Shown here piece by piece: positions 27,186-37,700 of a stretch of 64,000 nucleotides of DNA (positions are counted from its first letter, which is position 1; every line of letters begins with the position of its first letter). Below the pieces are notes generated by a model. It was given only the letters and a program-made list of their open reading frames with translations, had not been told where the DNA came from and ran no database searches. Made by a program: the position numbers and the translations under genes. The stretch comes from a virus. The stretch lies in IMG/VR virus record IMGVR_UViG_3300027917_000032, positions 23,929-87,928 of that record; one strand, given 5' to 3'.

Positions 27186-27941
27186 TTACCAGAAGTCCCT
27201 CGGACAGTGCTCTGTCTCCATCCGAATCTTGTTCATCAAGGCCGCGCCTTCGGCACGCACCTTACAGCCGCAGCCTTTACATCGCTGACTTTTCTTATCG
27301 TACCAATTACACTGGGAGCAGTAGGTAGCATGTAAATGGTTTACTTCCGTGTCGGTTCGGATTGGCCGCCCCGCCTTGATCCAATTCTTCACAGCTTGCC
27401 AGTAGGAAACCGCGAGCTTTTTCACGGCGGGAAAATCAGGAATATCCTCTGGGTTTGTTGACGCACCAACTTGAGTCAATGCGCCTTTACAATGCTCACA
27501 CTCCTTCGGCAGCACCGCTTTCTTCACTATACTACAGTAGGCGTTTACCTGTAACTGCCCATCTGGCTTGCGGTCATTGTTGAAAGCCCGAAACGGGCAC
27601 GGATACCAAGCCGAGTCAAATGTCCAGGCATCATCTTCACGTCTCGCGTAGCCTCGGGGACAAATGGGAGGGGCGGCGTCAGTAGGCGTGTACCTCACTT
27701 CACCATCCTCACCATACATGGGCTGGGGGTAGATGGCATTAGCGGGAGCTTGTAATTTACATGGTTGATGACTCAGCAGAACTTGTCGAAGCGTGCAGCG
27801 GGAGCATGATTCCTCCTCAACTTCCTTTCCATAGGTTTCGGCCCCGCCGTGGGCGCAACGATATAGCTCCCGCCGCTCGCCCGATTGCTCCTTGCGAATC
27901 ACTCTCCGTCGTTTCTGGCACGGTATGTATTTCATTACCAT
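27186..27941 (-). CDS. Cys-rich protein with DUF6171-like C-terminus
   Basis: CSQC...RCKGCGC...CPRDFW. Confidence 0.65.
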   Translation of the reverse strand: MVMKYIPCQKRRRVIRKEQSGERRELYRCAHGGAETYGKEVEEESCSRCTLRQVLLSHQPCKLQAPANAIYPQPMYGEDGEVRYTPTDAAPPICPRGYARREDDAWTFDSAWYPCPFRAFNNDRKPDGQLQVNAYCSIVKKAVLPKECEHCKGALTQVGASTNPEDIPDFPAVKKLAVSYWQAVKNWIKAGRPIRTDTEVNHLHATYCSQCNWYDKKSQRCKGCGCKVRAEGAALMNKIRMETEHCPRDFW

Positions 27942-28315
27942 AGCTCCAGCGGGCAGGTGAAGGCAGTGTACTTGACGTACTCATCAATTGGTGTGAAGTT
28001 AGAGCACCCGCAGGATACACAGAACTTGCTCACAGCGTCGTAGAACTTGCAACGGTGGCAGTAAGTCTCCAGTATCTCAGCCCGCTCATCTTCAGAGCGT
28101 TGTTCCAACTCTGCACGGTCATACACGTCACCCATGACAGCGACGAATTGCTCATCTTCTGCGTCGGGCTCGGCACGAAGCTGACACTCCATGCAGATTG
28201 CTTTACTCACCGGCTCGCAGTGATGGATACATCGGTAGTCACCGCAAGACGATACATGAACACGCATAGCAGTCTCAAATATCGTCCGCTGGTTTTTGCA
28301 GACTCGTTCTCTCAT
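27935..28315 (-). CDS. Cys-rich protein with DUF6171-like C-terminus
   Basis: CHRC...FCVSCGC...CPLELW. Confidence 0.65.
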   Translation of the reverse strand: MRERVCKNQRTIFETAMRVHVSSCGDYRCIHHCEPVSKAICMECQLRAEPDAEDEQFVAVMGDVYDRAELEQRSEDERAEILETYCHRCKFYDAVSKFCVSCGCSNFTPIDEYVKYTAFTCPLELW

Positions 28316-28332
28316 CTCTCTCCCTCTCTCGG

Positions 28333-31257
28333 TTAATCTGCCGATTTCGGCTCATAGATTTCATTCTGGTTTGGCGCGTTCGGGTCGCCCGGCAGTTCCT
28401 CGCACTCGTCGGGGTACTCAGGGTCGGCAATCGCTTTTGGCGCTCGCACCATCCACGGGGCCGACTGGTTGCAGAAGTATCCGCAGTTCTCGGTCAAGTC
28501 CTTAATCTCCGCGAGCTTTTGCTGATAGAACAGCCACGCTCCGAAGGCCGCGCCAAACGTGTGGCAAAAGGAACTCAGTGTAGACGTACAAGGCGTGCCA
28601 CCGTCGTTACACCAGCAAGGGCCACCGACGCAACCGCCCAGGATGTTCCCAGACGTTACGCCGGGTGGAACGGGTGTCACGTACCAGACCTTCACTTCGT
28701 ACACACAACCGTCGCCGTACTGCGGCTCACCGCACGCCGTTCGCCTCTTCTTCTTGTCCGAGTCGTTGCCTGCGGCGGGCACATCCTTATTCAAGGTATT
28801 GTCCATCGCCATCCGGCGCGCTTGCTTCGCAATTTCCAACGCTTGAAATTCCGGCTCCTCTTCTTCAGTGTCCGCAAAGTCCGAGATTTGACAAAAGACT
28901 GTGGGCGCAGAATCGTCCAAGTCAGACGGGTGGCGGTCGCCACTCGTCAGTACAACAAAGTTCTCGTCTGTTGTGTCGCCACCGCTCAGGATATGGTCAG
29001 CCGGTGGTGTGACATTGAAATCATAGCCAGGGTCAGCCGCCGCCGCTTCACCGGGGAGGGGCCACTGAGCCGTTGCAGATTTATTGGCAGGCCACGCCCA
29101 GTAGTAAGGCTCATTCGTGCCCGCGCGAATTGGTGTCCATGCCTGAAAGTTGATGGTATTGTTCTCGTTATTGAACTCGGCCTTGGTGATAATACACTTT
29201 ACTTGGGACGCCGAAAACTGCGGCAAGTCAAGAGTTATCGCATCAAACAAATCCAGGTCAAGATGCTTGATAGTTGTTGTGAAACTTACTTGCTTCCATG
29301 TGTGCGAATCCCTAATCAGCCAGAAGGTAGCCGACTTCAGAATGGTGTCAAAGGTGTTTTGAGTGAAGTAATCACGCGCAACTTCCTGCACGCCATACTT
29401 GGGTACATTGTTTTTCAGAACAATCGTCCGCTCGACGTCATCATCACTCTCGACCCCCGCCTCACCATTCTGCCATTTTATAACGTGCTTTGTAGCAATA
29501 TCCTCAGTCGTTGTATGGGTGACGTTAAACGTACCCACAAGAATATCGCTACCTGTAAGCGTCCGCACGGACGTAGGCTCCTCAGACAAATACTTAATGT
29601 AGATGACGCCATTACGAACATAGACAGCACACCGCGTCTGGTACGCAATATCCTGGATCAGTTGCAGCACATTCCGCCGCTCCTTTACCCAGAAGTTCGT
29701 CGGGTAGTTTGTCATCTTCGCTTGTACGGCTGTGAACGAGGTTGTGTCCACCGTAAGACTGGTATACTTCTCCACGAGCCATTCGATCACGTCTACGGGA
29801 TTCGGCCCAACGTCCGATGTGAATGAAACGTAGAGTTGATCTTCCCAGTCAGAGTCGTATAGGCTGAGCTTCTTTTCTAACCCAATCTCGACTACGGTAT
29901 ACCCATCGTAATCCGTTTCGTATACTGTGTAATAGGACGACGGCACTTCTAGCAAAAGACTTCGGCCCGTTGGCTGCCGTTTGTATGCCGCCACGTTGTT
30001 GATCGTTCCGGGTATCAAGCTAACGATGTAGAGAATTTCGGCCTTCTCCTCAAGGAATACGTCAGTCCCAGGAGGAATCCAGAAGAAGCCCGCCGCTTCC
30101 ATCTCATCAAAGGCTTTTTGCGACGCCGTAGGGCCACCCTCGTAAACTTGCCGAAATGTAGGACTAGCCGGATCGCAGTCATCTTCATAGTTATTAACGT
30201 CGAAATACCAAGCAGTGCCGGTTCCACTCTCAGTCCACCCAGACGTCCACGACGTCGGCTCTAATCCAATTGATCTGTCCGGGATTTCCTTACACGGCTG
30301 CCGTTCCCAATCTGCGAACTCAGGGTGGACACGTTGCGTTACCTTGAAGGTGTTGCCGCTAAAGGTGCCAGTAAATTTGGCCCCGTTAATGTTCAGCGTG
30401 ACATTCGTATTTTGCGGGAAGTCTTCACCGCCGCGAATATTCAGCGTCTTGTGTTCATACGACTGTTGTTGCTCCAACAGGTACACCAAGTTGCAAATAG
30501 TCTCGTATCTATTTTGCACGCACTCTAAATCAGGGCCATACGATTGCTGCGTCGTTGAGTCATAGTTTCCAGCCCCATCGGTAGATAGTGTAGTTTCTTC
30601 ACCGGTTGAGACACTTGGACACTGAATGTAACGTGCTTGACAGATTCGCTCGGTTAGTGTAAAGTCCGACACACCTTCCCCGTGTGTTAAGATACCACGC
30701 TGCGGAGCCCGCACTTGAACCGCTCCCATATTGCAGACTTCACCAAACACCAGCGGCCAAACCTTACCCCTGGCTTCTTCGGGTATGCTGTCAAAGTCCC
30801 CTTCCTCCATCGAGAACGCTACTTCATTATCTTCCCGCTTTGTGAGCACATCAAAGGTTAAAGTACGCTCACCCTCACTCCACGCAATCGGAGATGTAAT
30901 CTCGCCTTTGAAGAGGAGAAATTTATGTGCTACAGTAAGACCTTGGAATCCTTGGTAAACCCAAACAGGTCGTTTGTGAATGTCGTGCTGATCGAGCAAC
31001 GCCTTCAACTCACCGTCAATATCATCTAGTGTCAGCGAAATAGATTGCGAATCACTAGTACCCGTTACCATTGTTGCCATGTCAAAGTTACCCACCTGAA
31101 TGATAGTGGGATACGGGTAGTCCAAGCCCGAGAGTTTTTGGTCGGAGTAGAGTATCTTTTCACCGCCGTCAACCCATTGAACTTCAACAATCAACAACGG
31201 CTCAGAGCCGTGCTTCTGTTGCAAATTGCTCAAAATGCCTGCCGGTACATCCCGCAT
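28333..31257 (-). CDS. tail tip / baseplate hub-like protein
   Basis: size, position downstream of tape measure, PLVFG and NPVDVIEWL patterns. Confidence 0.7.
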   Translation of the reverse strand: MRDVPAGILSNLQQKHGSEPLLIVEVQWVDGGEKILYSDQKLSGLDYPYPTIIQVGNFDMATMVTGTSDSQSISLTLDDIDGELKALLDQHDIHKRPVWVYQGFQGLTVAHKFLLFKGEITSPIAWSEGERTLTFDVLTKREDNEVAFSMEEGDFDSIPEEARGKVWPLVFGEVCNMGAVQVRAPQRGILTHGEGVSDFTLTERICQARYIQCPSVSTGEETTLSTDGAGNYDSTTQQSYGPDLECVQNRYETICNLVYLLEQQQSYEHKTLNIRGGEDFPQNTNVTLNINGAKFTGTFSGNTFKVTQRVHPEFADWERQPCKEIPDRSIGLEPTSWTSGWTESGTGTAWYFDVNNYEDDCDPASPTFRQVYEGGPTASQKAFDEMEAAGFFWIPPGTDVFLEEKAEILYIVSLIPGTINNVAAYKRQPTGRSLLLEVPSSYYTVYETDYDGYTVVEIGLEKKLSLYDSDWEDQLYVSFTSDVGPNPVDVIEWLVEKYTSLTVDTTSFTAVQAKMTNYPTNFWVKERRNVLQLIQDIAYQTRCAVYVRNGVIYIKYLSEEPTSVRTLTGSDILVGTFNVTHTTTEDIATKHVIKWQNGEAGVESDDDVERTIVLKNNVPKYGVQEVARDYFTQNTFDTILKSATFWLIRDSHTWKQVSFTTTIKHLDLDLFDAITLDLPQFSASQVKCIITKAEFNNENNTINFQAWTPIRAGTNEPYYWAWPANKSATAQWPLPGEAAAADPGYDFNVTPPADHILSGGDTTDENFVVLTSGDRHPSDLDDSAPTVFCQISDFADTEEEEPEFQALEIAKQARRMAMDNTLNKDVPAAGNDSDKKKRRTACGEPQYGDGCVYEVKVWYVTPVPPGVTSGNILGGCVGGPCWCNDGGTPCTSTLSSFCHTFGAAFGAWLFYQQKLAEIKDLTENCGYFCNQSAPWMVRAPKAIADPEYPDECEELPGDPNAPNQNEIYEPKSAD

Positions 31258-31640
31258 TATTCTCTCTCCTCAAACTCCAAGGTTAGGTCCATGACTTCTC
31301 CGCCAGGGAACCTGACTGCTCGACCACTCCCCGTGCTTTCAAATGGATTGTTCACCAAGTAACCAATCCAGATGTTACTATCATGGTCAATGACCTGAAT
31401 TGGCAGGCGGTAGTAGGCGTTGATAAAAACCCGTAATTCCAGAGCTTTATTTCGCGCTACAGTAAAGTCCCATTGAAGCCGTTTTCGCCCGCCCCGCGAT
31501 TTAACATAGGTGTAGGATGTTCCATCCATCGCCCGGCTAATCTGCATAGTCGAAGTCAGACCAACCGAGTCGCTAAACTTCGGGCTGGGCAACACCAATG
31601 TTACTTGGAGACTGGGGTAAGGTGCGCGTAGTGTAAACAT
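31257..31640 (-). CDS. distal-tail (Dit)-like protein
   Basis: SRAMDG...LTLEFEE pattern and position. Confidence 0.6.
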   Translation of the reverse strand: MFTLRAPYPSLQVTLVLPSPKFSDSVGLTSTMQISRAMDGTSYTYVKSRGGRKRLQWDFTVARNKALELRVFINAYYRLPIQVIDHDSNIWIGYLVNNPFESTGSGRAVRFPGGEVMDLTLEFEERE

Positions 31641-33109
31641 TAGGGACTCACCACTGTTTCTTCAACCACGTCGTCAAGTACCATCACATCCGTCAAGGTG
31701 CGATGCCATTCAACAATCAGTGTTTGACTGTCGGACATATTCATGTGATTGCCGGGCGGTAGTTCCTCTACTATTGTGCCCTCAAATTCAAACGTCAGCG
31801 TCCAGCGACAACCACGCCCATCTTGGGCTGCCCGATCATTTGGCGTCGTTATAATGCCCACCCACTGCGTTCCTTCCCAGTCGATGATGCCCACTTCTTT
31901 TCCAATGTGATCGACCATGAATTGCTGCATGTCATCCACTTCAGTCTTAGTAAGACCAGAGAAGCTGAGAATCAAAGTTTGAATCTTGGGCCATGTTGGG
32001 TCGGCAAAAATTGTCAAACGACCGCCGCGTGTTTCTCTGTTGATTCGAGTGAAGGATTGCCGATCCCTGTTGTCAAGGTTCGGAGCCCGAAGCTCGACAA
32101 TATCGGTAGACTCACCCAGAGCGGGATAGAGTAGCAGGAATCGTTCTCCATCCGGTAGTCTAGGAATGTACTCCAAGCTATCGTCAGGCGGCGTGGGATT
32201 GGACGTGGAGGTACTCTCCCCGATAAAAGGCGTGTAGGCTTTCTTGTCGCACGGGTCGGGCAAGTAGTAAGTGAGTGTGTGACCCAGGCCCATCGAATCT
32301 GTCACAGTGCGATCCCACACCCCGTTTGTCTGAACAACTTGCGTCAAATCCAGTTCCGACGCAGGAATATCTTTAGACTTGCCTGCGTTCAGCGTTTGCA
32401 CCAACGAGAGATTTGAAGAAGGCGTCTCGCTCCAGTATGCCTCGTCGGCCATATTCATTGTCGTTGTGACGTTCTCTTGATGCGGGTAGCCTGCCCCATG
32501 CACAAGGTCAATCGCATCCGAGAGTCGTTCAAACTTATCCTCATACGGCATAAAGCCATTGAGAAACATCTTACTCTGGCATGAGATTCGGATAGTTCCA
32601 CGAACGCTGACGGCTTGCGTCATCGACATTGTGGAATCAACAAGATTAGAAAGACCGGTCACTTCGGCCAAGTCGGTAAGATTTAAGTCGTGGCTCAGCC
32701 CAATGAAATCGCCAACACTAACGAACTCAGAAACAATGTCTGAGACCGCCATGTTGGTTGTGAGACTTTCTTCTTTTACACGCCCGGCTTGGTGTACTAG
32801 CGTCAGCGTGCTTGACGCCGACGCCGGAATAGATATTGGCAACGTTTGTGTCATTGACAAGTTTGATGTAAGCGACCGCGTGAGATTAAGTCCAACGGCT
32901 ACGTCGTCGGACAGTGCCATCACGCTGTTTACATCTTCCTCAAATGATGCCGACGCCTCCGCCAACACTTCAACGTGCTGCCGAGTTACACGCAACTTAC
33001 CGTCACTAGCGGGTGCGAGCACTTCAACGTGCTGCCGCGTAACCCGTAGCTCACCATCGCTTGCAGGCGCAAGCACTTCAACGTGTTGTCGCGTGACTCG
33101 TAAAGCCAT
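31640..33109 (-). CDS. tail protein: repeat region + Dit-like domain
   Basis: three N-terminal LRVTRQHVEVLA repeats; C-domain similar to 31257..31640. Confidence 0.6.
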   Translation of the reverse strand: MALRVTRQHVEVLAPASDGELRVTRQHVEVLAPASDGKLRVTRQHVEVLAEASASFEEDVNSVMALSDDVAVGLNLTRSLTSNLSMTQTLPISIPASASSTLTLVHQAGRVKEESLTTNMAVSDIVSEFVSVGDFIGLSHDLNLTDLAEVTGLSNLVDSTMSMTQAVSVRGTIRISCQSKMFLNGFMPYEDKFERLSDAIDLVHGAGYPHQENVTTTMNMADEAYWSETPSSNLSLVQTLNAGKSKDIPASELDLTQVVQTNGVWDRTVTDSMGLGHTLTYYLPDPCDKKAYTPFIGESTSTSNPTPPDDSLEYIPRLPDGERFLLLYPALGESTDIVELRAPNLDNRDRQSFTRINRETRGGRLTIFADPTWPKIQTLILSFSGLTKTEVDDMQQFMVDHIGKEVGIIDWEGTQWVGIITTPNDRAAQDGRGCRWTLTFEFEGTIVEELPPGNHMNMSDSQTLIVEWHRTLTDVMVLDDVVEETVVSP

Positions 33110-34143
33110 TAGGTCTTAACCTTTACGCCAAAGTTTGCCGCGTTGATCGCTGCCATCGTCCAAGCAGAGTTAGTATCGGGGTCTTGCTCCTCCAGACGTG
33201 TAAACTCCGTATAGCTTGAACTCATCGCCTGTCCAGAATCATCATACTCAGTACCATTTGATTCGACAATGGTAATCAACTCAAAATCAGTGGCGTCCGT
33301 CTCCTTCGCCATTGTGCGAACGACGAGTCCAGCAATCGTACCTAAACTCGCAACACTTCCATAAGTCCAAATGTCTTTGTTGGTGTTTGTACTTTCTTCC
33401 ACATAGCTTGTATCATCATCGCAGATTGTTTCATCTACATTCTCATAGTGATTGGCGCTAGGTGTTGAAGTTCCAAACCCCGTTGTGTCATCGCCATCAG
33501 GATTGATTCGCACGACCTTGTGATTTCCAAGGAAGTCATTGTTGACAGAGCCAGTGCTATCGCAGACATACATATCATCCCAAGTTGGATGCACCCCTGA
33601 TGTGTCTGAGGGAGCGAGCCTAACCCTGTCGTGGTAGGCATTAGACCCAGCCTGCGTATCTGTGCCCGTGCCGCTACACACATTCACCCCATTTACACGG
33701 ACTTCATAAGTACCAGCCGTATTATCACACAGCACTTTGAACTCAATGTAGTCCCAGCTATTTGTTCCAATCCCTGCTCCAGTGGATGTGTCGATAAGCG
33801 TCGCATCCCGATACACACTAATCTCACTTGCTGACGCCGCAACCTGCAAATTCATCCCACGTTGCGAACCATCATAGAAAGCGACGATAGCTACTTGATC
33901 CGTAGTCTCACGCTTGAAGGCCGCGCCCCAAATAAGCGTGTCATCAGTCGTAAGTGGTTCTGACTCCAGGTAACAGGTATACCGATTGAAGTCCAGTGCG
34001 TAGCCACCTGTTCGTCCCGAGGCAATTCGCATGTAATTTTCTGCCGACACTGAGTAGCGTCGGCCCACCACGTCGGTAGGTGAAGGCGCACTACCCGCGC
34101 TCGTGCCGAAACCTTCAAATCCTTCAATAAGCAGAAGTGCCAT
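33109..34143 (-). CDS. virion protein, beta-sandwich/lectin-like
   Basis: EGFE N-terminus, WDYIEFKV..EVRVNG, DDMYV; tail module. Confidence 0.55.
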   Translation of the reverse strand: MALLLIEGFEGFGTSAGSAPSPTDVVGRRYSVSAENYMRIASGRTGGYALDFNRYTCYLESEPLTTDDTLIWGAAFKRETTDQVAIVAFYDGSQRGMNLQVAASASEISVYRDATLIDTSTGAGIGTNSWDYIEFKVLCDNTAGTYEVRVNGVNVCSGTGTDTQAGSNAYHDRVRLAPSDTSGVHPTWDDMYVCDSTGSVNNDFLGNHKVVRINPDGDDTTGFGTSTPSANHYENVDETICDDDTSYVEESTNTNKDIWTYGSVASLGTIAGLVVRTMAKETDATDFELITIVESNGTEYDDSGQAMSSSYTEFTRLEEQDPDTNSAWTMAAINAANFGVKVKT

Positions 34144-34162
34144 AGCTTCACCTTTGTCTTGT

Positions 34163-34203
34163 AGAAGGAAGACCCTGGCACAGTCACAAACTGTGCCAAG
34201 GTC
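34163..34203 (-). terminator. hairpin / probable terminator
   Basis: GACCTTGGCACAGT/ACTGTGCCAGGGTC then TTCCTTCT. Confidence 0.6.
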
Positions 34204-34218
34204 AACCGAGGGAGAGAC

Positions 34219-34707
34219 TTAGCCGCTGACCGTGTAGGTAATCTTCAGCGTGTCCCCATTCTGGACCGAAACCGTCGAGCTAAACAGTGCGGTAGACCAG
34301 AGGATGCCAGATGTACCACTAGCCTGATCGGTCACGAAGATACCCTTCAATGTGGCAGACGACGTGATAGAAAAGTCAGCCGTGGTTGAGTTAGAAATGG
34401 ACCGCGAGGATGCAGAGCCAACCGACCAGGCAACGCGGTTGCCCGAGTACGGTGTGGCTTCCGACCAGCCCGTGTGCGATGCCAGCGTGTCGCTGTTGCT
34501 AACGCCAGTGTAGCCCGAGTTGTCAATAAGGCCAATATACCATGCGGTATGCTGCGATGTGGCACCAAAATGAACGTCCAAAAGATCATTCATGCCCACA
34601 TCAACGATGCCATTAGGCACGCGGTACAGGCCAATGAGTTTGCCGTCACTGTTGCGGTGTTCAATGTAGTAAGCACCACGAAGCGGCAGATTGTGTTGGG
34701 ATTTCAT
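34219..34707 (-). CDS. virion structural protein
   Basis: GDTLKITYTVS C-terminus typical of tail-associated proteins. Confidence 0.6.
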   Translation of the reverse strand: MKSQHNLPLRGAYYIEHRNSDGKLIGLYRVPNGIVDVGMNDLLDVHFGATSQHTAWYIGLIDNSGYTGVSNSDTLASHTGWSEATPYSGNRVAWSVGSASSRSISNSTTADFSITSSATLKGIFVTDQASGTSGILWSTALFSSTVSVQNGDTLKITYTVSG

Positions 34708-34719
34708 GTGTTTCTCCCT

Positions 34720-37700
34720 TTAGGTTAGTTTGATTGTGCCCCGGCTGATTTCTCTCCGCAAACCGTGGGCAATTTCCCGGATCGTTTGTTGTGAGTTGTC
34801 GCCTCCCTGGACTGTTACGTTAATGTCTCCGACGTTTGTTACTGAACCGCCCTGCTCACGATAGACGGGTTGTTGTCCCGCGTTAATAGCCTGAAGTTGC
34901 GGGAAGAAGTTACGAGCCGAGCGAGCATTGATGACAAACTCGCCAGGTGACAGCATCGCAGGGATGGTATCCGTACCACGACCACCGATGGCAAAGAATC
35001 GGCCACCCTTGGCCGCCGTGACAGCACCACCAGAACAGTATCCACTTGCCTGCGCACACGCTTCAGCCGCTTGCAGCGCTGACTGAGCCGTAACTTGCAT
35101 CGCTTGGGAAGCCGTCCCAGCCAACTGTACTGAATTTTGCAACTGCGTGTTCCACGTACTTGTAGCCGTTGCAAGCTGATTTGTAGACGACACAGTTGAG
35201 AGAACTTGCTGATTGGTTCCCGCCGCAGCTTGTTCCGTTTGCTTGATCTGTGTCGTAGTTTCCATAAACGGGTTTACCAGCATCCCCGCATTGATAGAAG
35301 TTTGTCGAACCGCCTCAGCCGTGGCTTGGGTACTCGACGTAGCTTCTTTTATGTACGGGTTAATGCCGTTGTAAATTGTCCGCAGCGTGTTTACCTTTTC
35401 GTTCACACGTTCAGCAGCCGCCGCCTGAGCTTCAAACTCAGTCGAAGTTATCGAAGGCGGTTGCGGCGCGACGGGTGGCGCGACGGGCGGTGCTACCGGC
35501 GCTGCCGGTTGCAAAATTGCGTTCTGAGCCGCCGTCGCTGCTTCCAATTCCGTTCTTACAGCCTCAGCTTGCCCCGCCTGAGCGGCAAGAGCCTGGGTAG
35601 CTGTAGCCGTAGCAGCAGGCAGGCTGGCCTGAGCTTGGCGACTAGCTTCCAACTGCTCTGTCGTCCCCTTGGCTGCCTCAGTCATTTCTTGCTGAGCGGC
35701 TGCACCAGCGCCAAACTTCTCGTTAATGTCGTCAAGTTTTCGTCGCGCTTCCTCCGCCTGCGGGCCGAGAATATCCACTTGGGAAATACCCCCAAGAGTG
35801 TCCCCCAAAGTCTGTGCAGCAGTAGCTACACTTCGCCAAGCCTCGGCACCTGCTTTAGCCTCCTCAGTCGTTATTCGGCCAGTCTCTTGCAATTGGCGAC
35901 CGTACTGATAGACTTCATTGAGATAAGTAGCTTCTGCTTCGGTCAGTCCGCGACGCTCCGCAGCAGCAGTTCGGACGATTTCAATGCTTTTTATTAGCGA
36001 CTCGTTGTATTGCTCAGCGTAGCTTAATCTTTCTTTTTCAGGATCAATCGTCGCATCAAACCCCGCGCCAACACCACCGGAGATTCTAAACTCACCGAGT
36101 CGGTCTAAAAATCGGCTAAGTCGCGTAGACGTATCAACCTCCGACAACTCTTTCGCCGTTTTCAACTGGGCGTCGAGTGCCTTCATGTTGCGATCTACGG
36201 CGGAAGCTGCGGCATCGTGTTCCTTTATAATCTTCTCAGCAGTCTGGGCAATTTGCTCAGCCGTTTTGACAGAATCCCCGAGCACATTTATTTCACCAAA
36301 CTGGTCAATGTAGGCTTGGAGGAAACCTTCATTTGTGATGGATAAGGTGATGTTCGCTCGAAAGTCTGTCGCGTTCAGCTTTGCCGCAAATGTGTTAATC
36401 ATTCGGTCATAGTCAAGGTCGGCCTTTGACAGTGCATCGGTGATGCCATCTTTTAGATTAGACACGCCTTCGACAATGCCCATTTGTTCAAACACATCGA
36501 AATCAAACGACCGATCTAACTCGGCGCGCAGGTCTTCCATGAGAGCTTTGGAGCGTTCTGCACGTTCCTCCAGCTCTTTCATGCTCTTCGGTTCAGTCTC
36601 GTTGAGACGTTCGTACTCTTCAATGAGAGCTTTTACAGTCTCTTGGGAGGCGATACCGCTTTCTTTGAGGGCTCGAATCTGCTCTTTACTCGCTGCCGAC
36701 TGCGCCTTTTCGCGGTCGATTTGAAACTGCGTTTCCGCTTTGATTCGGTCCCCGCGAATTTTCGCCAGGTCTTCCTCAGCTTGACGAATTAAACCGACAT
36801 TACTCAGACGCTCCGCTTGAGCCAGAGCTTCTTGCGCTCGTTTCTCTGCGATGTGCGAAAGTTCGCGGGCGGCGGTAGCTCGTTCCTCATTAGCCCCGAC
36901 TTTTGCGTAGGCTTGTCGAGCTTTTGTCGCTTCTTCCTCGGCGCGTTTAAGAGTGACCCAAAACTTATTGCGATCACTCAAGCGACGAGTTTCACTTTTG
37001 AACGATGCTTCGGCAATCGCTTCCTGCGTATCGGCAACTTCCTGCATGGAAGTTTTGATTGCCGAATCGGCCGCCGTACCAGCTTTCTCAATCGCTTTGA
37101 TGGCGTCTTCACGCTTGCTGAAGATGGTGTCAACAATGCCTTCCAGCGTCTCACCGATGACTTTTGACTGAATCTGAAGCCGCTTGAAATCCTTTTGGTA
37201 TTCAAGCGCGACAGCCGAAAAGTAGTCTGCCGTGGCCTTTCGCCGCGCAACAAACTCTTGGTTGGTTTTCTGGATTCTCGCTGATGCTTGTCGGTCATGC
37301 TCATCAGTGAGTCGCTTTTCTTCCGCAATCAAATCGTTGACTAACGCTTCCGCTTCGCCCGAACTTTCCGTGAGCCATTTAGTCAATTCAACAGCCGCCA
37401 ACGCTGCCAACATAGCGATAGCAACGGGCGCAAGAGAAGCCAAGGCCGTTTTCAAAACTCCTGCGGACGCAGTAGCCCCTGCCATCGCAGCAGCCGATTG
37501 AGCCGCCGCAAGTCGCACCCCGACTAGACCAGAAACCGCACCTACAGCCGCAACTTTTAGCAAGTCCATGTTGCGGATCATCCAGTCCAGCGCTTCGATT
37601 ACTGGAGTCAAAACCGAAAGAATCGCTTCCCCCGCACCGATCATAGTTGTCTTTAGACGCTGCCACGCCTCAACTTGACGACGGCCAGACGAAGAACGCA

